In this document: positions 61,090 to 64,000 of the stretch, in pieces
Position numbering within the stretch: the stretch's first letter is position 1
How the letters are laid out: the number at the start of each line of letters is the position of its first letter
NCBI GenBank assembly: GCA_040220235.1
Contig: JAVJTO010000063.1
DNA: 64,000 nt
Direction: 5' to 3' (one strand)
Source: Coleofasciculus sp. B1-GNL1-01
GTDB lineage: Bacteria > Cyanobacteriota > Cyanobacteriia > Cyanobacteriales > Coleofasciculaceae
Program-made: the position numbers and the translations under genes
Notes under the pieces: generated by a model
Seen by the model: only the letters and a program-made list of their open reading frames with translations
What the model was told of the DNA's origin: nothing
Databases searched by the model: none

Positions 61090-63228
61090 CTAGTCTAGAA
61101 GATGCAAAACTTCCCTAAACTCCTCATAACTAATTTGGCGATCGCGGTTGGTGTCGGCTAGCTTCAGCATTGCCTCAATTTCAGCGTGAGTAACTTGGGA
61201 ATTAATCTCTCGCAAACAAACTTCTAATTCTTCGCCACTAATGTAACCTGACTCATCCTTGTCCAAAAGCCGAAAATATGCCATTAGGCGATCGTCTTCG
61301 TCTAAATGTTTGAATGAATCAAAGCTATGGCTCATCATCCGCCACAACTGATGCGGATCAGTTTGTTTAATAATCTCGGCTTCCTCCGTTGTGGTAACCC
61401 CGTAATCTTGGCGAGCCTGCTCAATGCTTTTTGATTCACGTTTCGATAATTGCTTGAGTAACGTCTCCAAATCAGTCATCGGCTTTTTGCCATTAATCAC
61501 TTCAGCTAACTCGGTGACTAAGTGTTGCTCTGGATGATGCTGGGAAAACTCCAGAATGAGCGTCAAGATGGCTTCACGATAACTTTCTTGACGCCACCAA
61601 TCTTCACGACTCCTAGGGTTTTGCGGATCAAGCAGATTAGGATCTTCAACTCCAAGCTCTGTTAAAATCTCCTGATGTTCCGCCTCAGAAATATCGAGTT
61701 CCCGCCGCATTGGTTGAAGACTATTCAAACTGCTGGAAACGTTAGCATACCCTTCATTAAGAGCTTCTGTCAAAATTCCTTTATAAGCCTGAAGCCGTTT
61801 TTCTTTGGTAAAATTTGGCAAAACCTTAGCTAAAACATACACTTCATCGGCATTCAGAGAATCAAGCGATCGCCCTTCTAAAAAACGTGATATATCTAAG
61901 TTTAATTTACTGAGCTGTCGCCGCAGTCGGCTGGCTAGACTTTCTTGGCGGTAGCGGTGGGGATTGCGTTGCCATGTTCGGTAGAGCCATAGCGTACTAC
62001 AGATAGCAATAAGTAGTGGAAATAAATACTGTATCGGTGCAGGTAACAACCGGATAAAATTTCGTCCGGCAAAGACAAAGAATAGGTTAAAGACAAAGAA
62101 CGTGCAAAGGGTAAACATCCGGTGACGGATTAGTTCTTGACTTAGGGGTTGCTGCTGGCGTCGCTGAACCGCATTATAGCGTTTTTCTATACTAATTCCT
62201 ATGCTAGATCCGGCAAATGCAAATGCGGCTAATGTCAGCGGAACAGCGACTAACTTAGGCAGGGGAATGGGCTGATTTCCCAGATAAAATCCTGGACTCA
62301 TTAATGTAGCTAGCTGATTTTCTTGATGCGCCCAAACGCCAGAGAAATAGTAGTCCCAATTCCCGGCATAAAGATAATAATAAATGAAGTAACCCAAGAC
62401 CAATCCGACATAACCATAGTAGAGCCACTGCTGTTGCGGCTGCATAATCGTTTCCCAGTAGGAACGCTCCGCATCAATATCAATACAGGGACTCTGACAA
62501 GCCACACAAGCACTCTGTTCTTCGCCTTTTTTGTTTAGGGTGCGACACATCGATTGCGTAATCTTTTGGCGATCTTCCTCATGAGCTGTTCTCGTCAACA
62601 ATCCTCTAGGTTCAGCATAAATTTTTTGCACCGGAGCCATGGGACAGAAATACTGACACCAGGATTTACCCTCATAGAGGTAGCCCACTACAATTGCCCC
62701 GATAATGGTTGTTAATAAAAAAATTGCCAAGGCTGTGCGATCGGAATTGACGAACAAAATTCTGCTACATAATCCTAGATAAAACAGTCCAAATTGGAGA
62801 TGCAAATGATTCCGACCTAACCAGGAATTTTGAGTCACTTTTACTCCCTGATAGCGTACTTTCCCAGTTTGAGGGTGAACTCGTCGTTGTTTCCGTTGCC
62901 ATCCCAAAGCGCGAGGAATTTGGGACAGGAATGACAAGGGACATATCCGACGCCATAATTCATGTCCAAATACTAACAAAATGAAAATACTGGTGGGGAC
63001 GATAATGCCCCAGAAAATAGGCGCTCCCAAGGCATAAGGACTCTCTTCTATACAAGTTCCCTGAACATTTACACAAATAGCGGGGTCAATTCTTAAAGGA
63101 CTAATTGTATTGTCAGGAGTGGTTAATCCAGGAGAGAAAGGGTCATAGAACAACGAAAGAATTAGTAACAACCAACCAATGGTCAGCAGCCATCGAAATC
63201 GGTGCATTTGGCGTTCCGATATTTGCAT
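61090..63228 (-). CDS. Membrane 4Fe-4S-binding (NapH/NosR-like CP motif) protein with C-terminal EF-hand pair
   Basis: WRRICPL, WCQYFCPMAP, CVACQSPC, several TM helices; DKDESGYISGEE and DTNRDRQISYEE EF-hands. Confidence 0.82.
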   Translation of the reverse strand: MQISERQMHRFRWLLTIGWLLLILSLFYDPFSPGLTTPDNTISPLRIDPAICVNVQGTCIEESPYALGAPIFWGIIVPTSIFILLVFGHELWRRICPLSFLSQIPRALGWQRKQRRVHPQTGKVRYQGVKVTQNSWLGRNHLHLQFGLFYLGLCSRILFVNSDRTALAIFLLTTIIGAIVVGYLYEGKSWCQYFCPMAPVQKIYAEPRGLLTRTAHEEDRQKITQSMCRTLNKKGEEQSACVACQSPCIDIDAERSYWETIMQPQQQWLYYGYVGLVLGYFIYYYLYAGNWDYYFSGVWAHQENQLATLMSPGFYLGNQPIPLPKLVAVPLTLAAFAFAGSSIGISIEKRYNAVQRRQQQPLSQELIRHRMFTLCTFFVFNLFFVFAGRNFIRLLPAPIQYLFPLLIAICSTLWLYRTWQRNPHRYRQESLASRLRRQLSKLNLDISRFLEGRSLDSLNADEVYVLAKVLPNFTKEKRLQAYKGILTEALNEGYANVSSSLNSLQPMRRELDISEAEHQEILTELGVEDPNLLDPQNPRSREDWWRQESYREAILTLILEFSQHHPEQHLVTELAEVINGKKPMTDLETLLKQLSKRESKSIEQARQDYGVTTTEEAEIIKQTDPHQLWRMMSHSFDSFKHLDEDDRLMAYFRLLDKDESGYISGEELEVCLREINSQVTHAEIEAMLKLADTNRDRQISYEEFREVLHLLD

Positions 63229-63456
63229 ACTATTTGCTGACGACCTGACTTATACTTAGCTAGACAAAGAGTATAGTACCATAATCAGCCTGTAAATAGG
63301 GGGCTTTGCTGGCGAATGTTAAAAAAGAGCGTCAAATCCAATAAAATTGTTAGCTACTCTAACGTATTTCGGTCAATGCCTACCCGACTTTAGAAGGTGT
63401 AGCCAAATTGTAGTGGTGTGACGCAGCCAGTAGGTTGGGTTGAAACTTAAACACGC

Positions 63457-63862
63457 TCACACCCCAGCATTAAAGATTTGATTAGCTGTCAAATTTAACT
63501 CTGGAAAACTTGCTGACACAATCCGCTCATTTCCCCGAAACTGCGTCACCTGGTACACACCATCAACAAGTTGATACATCGAAAACGTCGGTTGCTTGGG
63601 ATTACCAATATAACGCCTACCCCCTAATCCCAGATAATCTACAATCCAATACTCAGGAATACCCATCGCCTCATAATCTTCCAACTTCAGGGCATAATCA
63701 TCACTCCAATTCGTGGAAACCACTTCTATAACCAAACGGATAGAAGTTCCCAATATAATGATAGATTCATTGTCCCAGCGAGGTTCGTCATTCGCCACAC
63801 CCACTTTATCTAAAACGACGACATCCGGTTCATAACTCGATTCGCGTGCAGGTTTAACCACA
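63457..63862 (-). pseudogene. Uma2 family endonuclease, 5' end interrupted by an insertion
   Basis: YEPDVVVLD, LVIEVVSTNW, K.EDY..MGIPEYWIVD. Upstream of VVKP the frame runs into hairpin DNA, and the Uma2 N-terminus is missing. Confidence 0.7.
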
Positions 63863-64000
63863 CGTAAACTACAGGAGCTTTTCCGCCCCGGTCTTTCAAG
63901 CCGGGGCGGAAAAGCGACATTGCGGCTTAAGCCGCCGTACTCTTTTTTTTTAGTGCCTTGTATGGTGTGGGTCATTGATGTACGCCATCACATGGGATGT
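63863..64000. mobile_element. Probable IS200/IS605-family element end (or derived MITE), continuing beyond the window
   Basis: Hairpin GCTTTTCCGCCCCGG-TCTTTCAAG-CCGGGGCGGAAAAGC, followed by the palindrome GCGGCTTAAGCCGC and a T-tract. The exact junction is uncertain. Confidence 0.6.

Larger units (their letters stand above)
1..64000. repeat. HIP1 octamer (GCGATCGC) highly iterated, plus short tandem repeats (STRR-like)
   Basis: Dozens of GCGATCGC sites. Tandems include (GACGAAT)n near 6925, (GGGAGCAGA)n near 18280, (GGGAACA/GGCAATA)n near 34260 and 41430, (TGACAAA)n near 54600, and (TGTAGTTGCGCT)3 near 56031. Confidence 0.95.

Noticed and set aside
63863..63975. N-terminus of the 172-aa ORF taken as genuine Uma2 sequence
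   Set aside because: It is translated hairpin and T-tract DNA with no Uma2 motifs.

Overview
This window is chromosomal DNA from a filamentous-type cyanobacterium. Evidence: abundant HIP1 octamer GCGATCGC, ndhO, a HetZ-related gene, short tandem repeats and GTAG-type REP palindromes. Housekeeping genes (guaA, cbiD, gatB, hypAB, smc, pcrA/uvrD, purN, xseB, mdh, ndhO, a ferredoxin) alternate with accessory loci. Main points: (1) An AT-rich, ATGA-coupled two-gene cassette (52189-53609) pairs a DUF4276/TOPRIM-like protein with a C-terminal extension and a small clan CD (caspase/gingipain-like) protease with an intact His57/Cys90 dyad. It is the best candidate for an undescribed defence or toxin-activation module. 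(2) PcrA/UvrD contains a 356-aa intein with a GIY-YIG-like insert at a non-canonical position. (3) A PsrA-like TetR regulator with three visible operator boxes sits next to an RND efflux operon that also holds two unusual fusions (FAD monooxygenase-DoxX and glutaredoxin-AhpD). (4) Three large CHAT-TPR or STAND-WD40 proteins have effector domains that look catalytically dead. (5) Intergenic palindromic elements are inserted in-frame in smc and both STAND-WD40 genes. The window also has MITEs with target-site duplications, nested very small repeats, and an IS200/IS605-like end truncating a Uma2 gene at the right edge. No rRNA, tRNA or CRISPR array was recognised. All calls come from motifs read by eye; no database searches were run.
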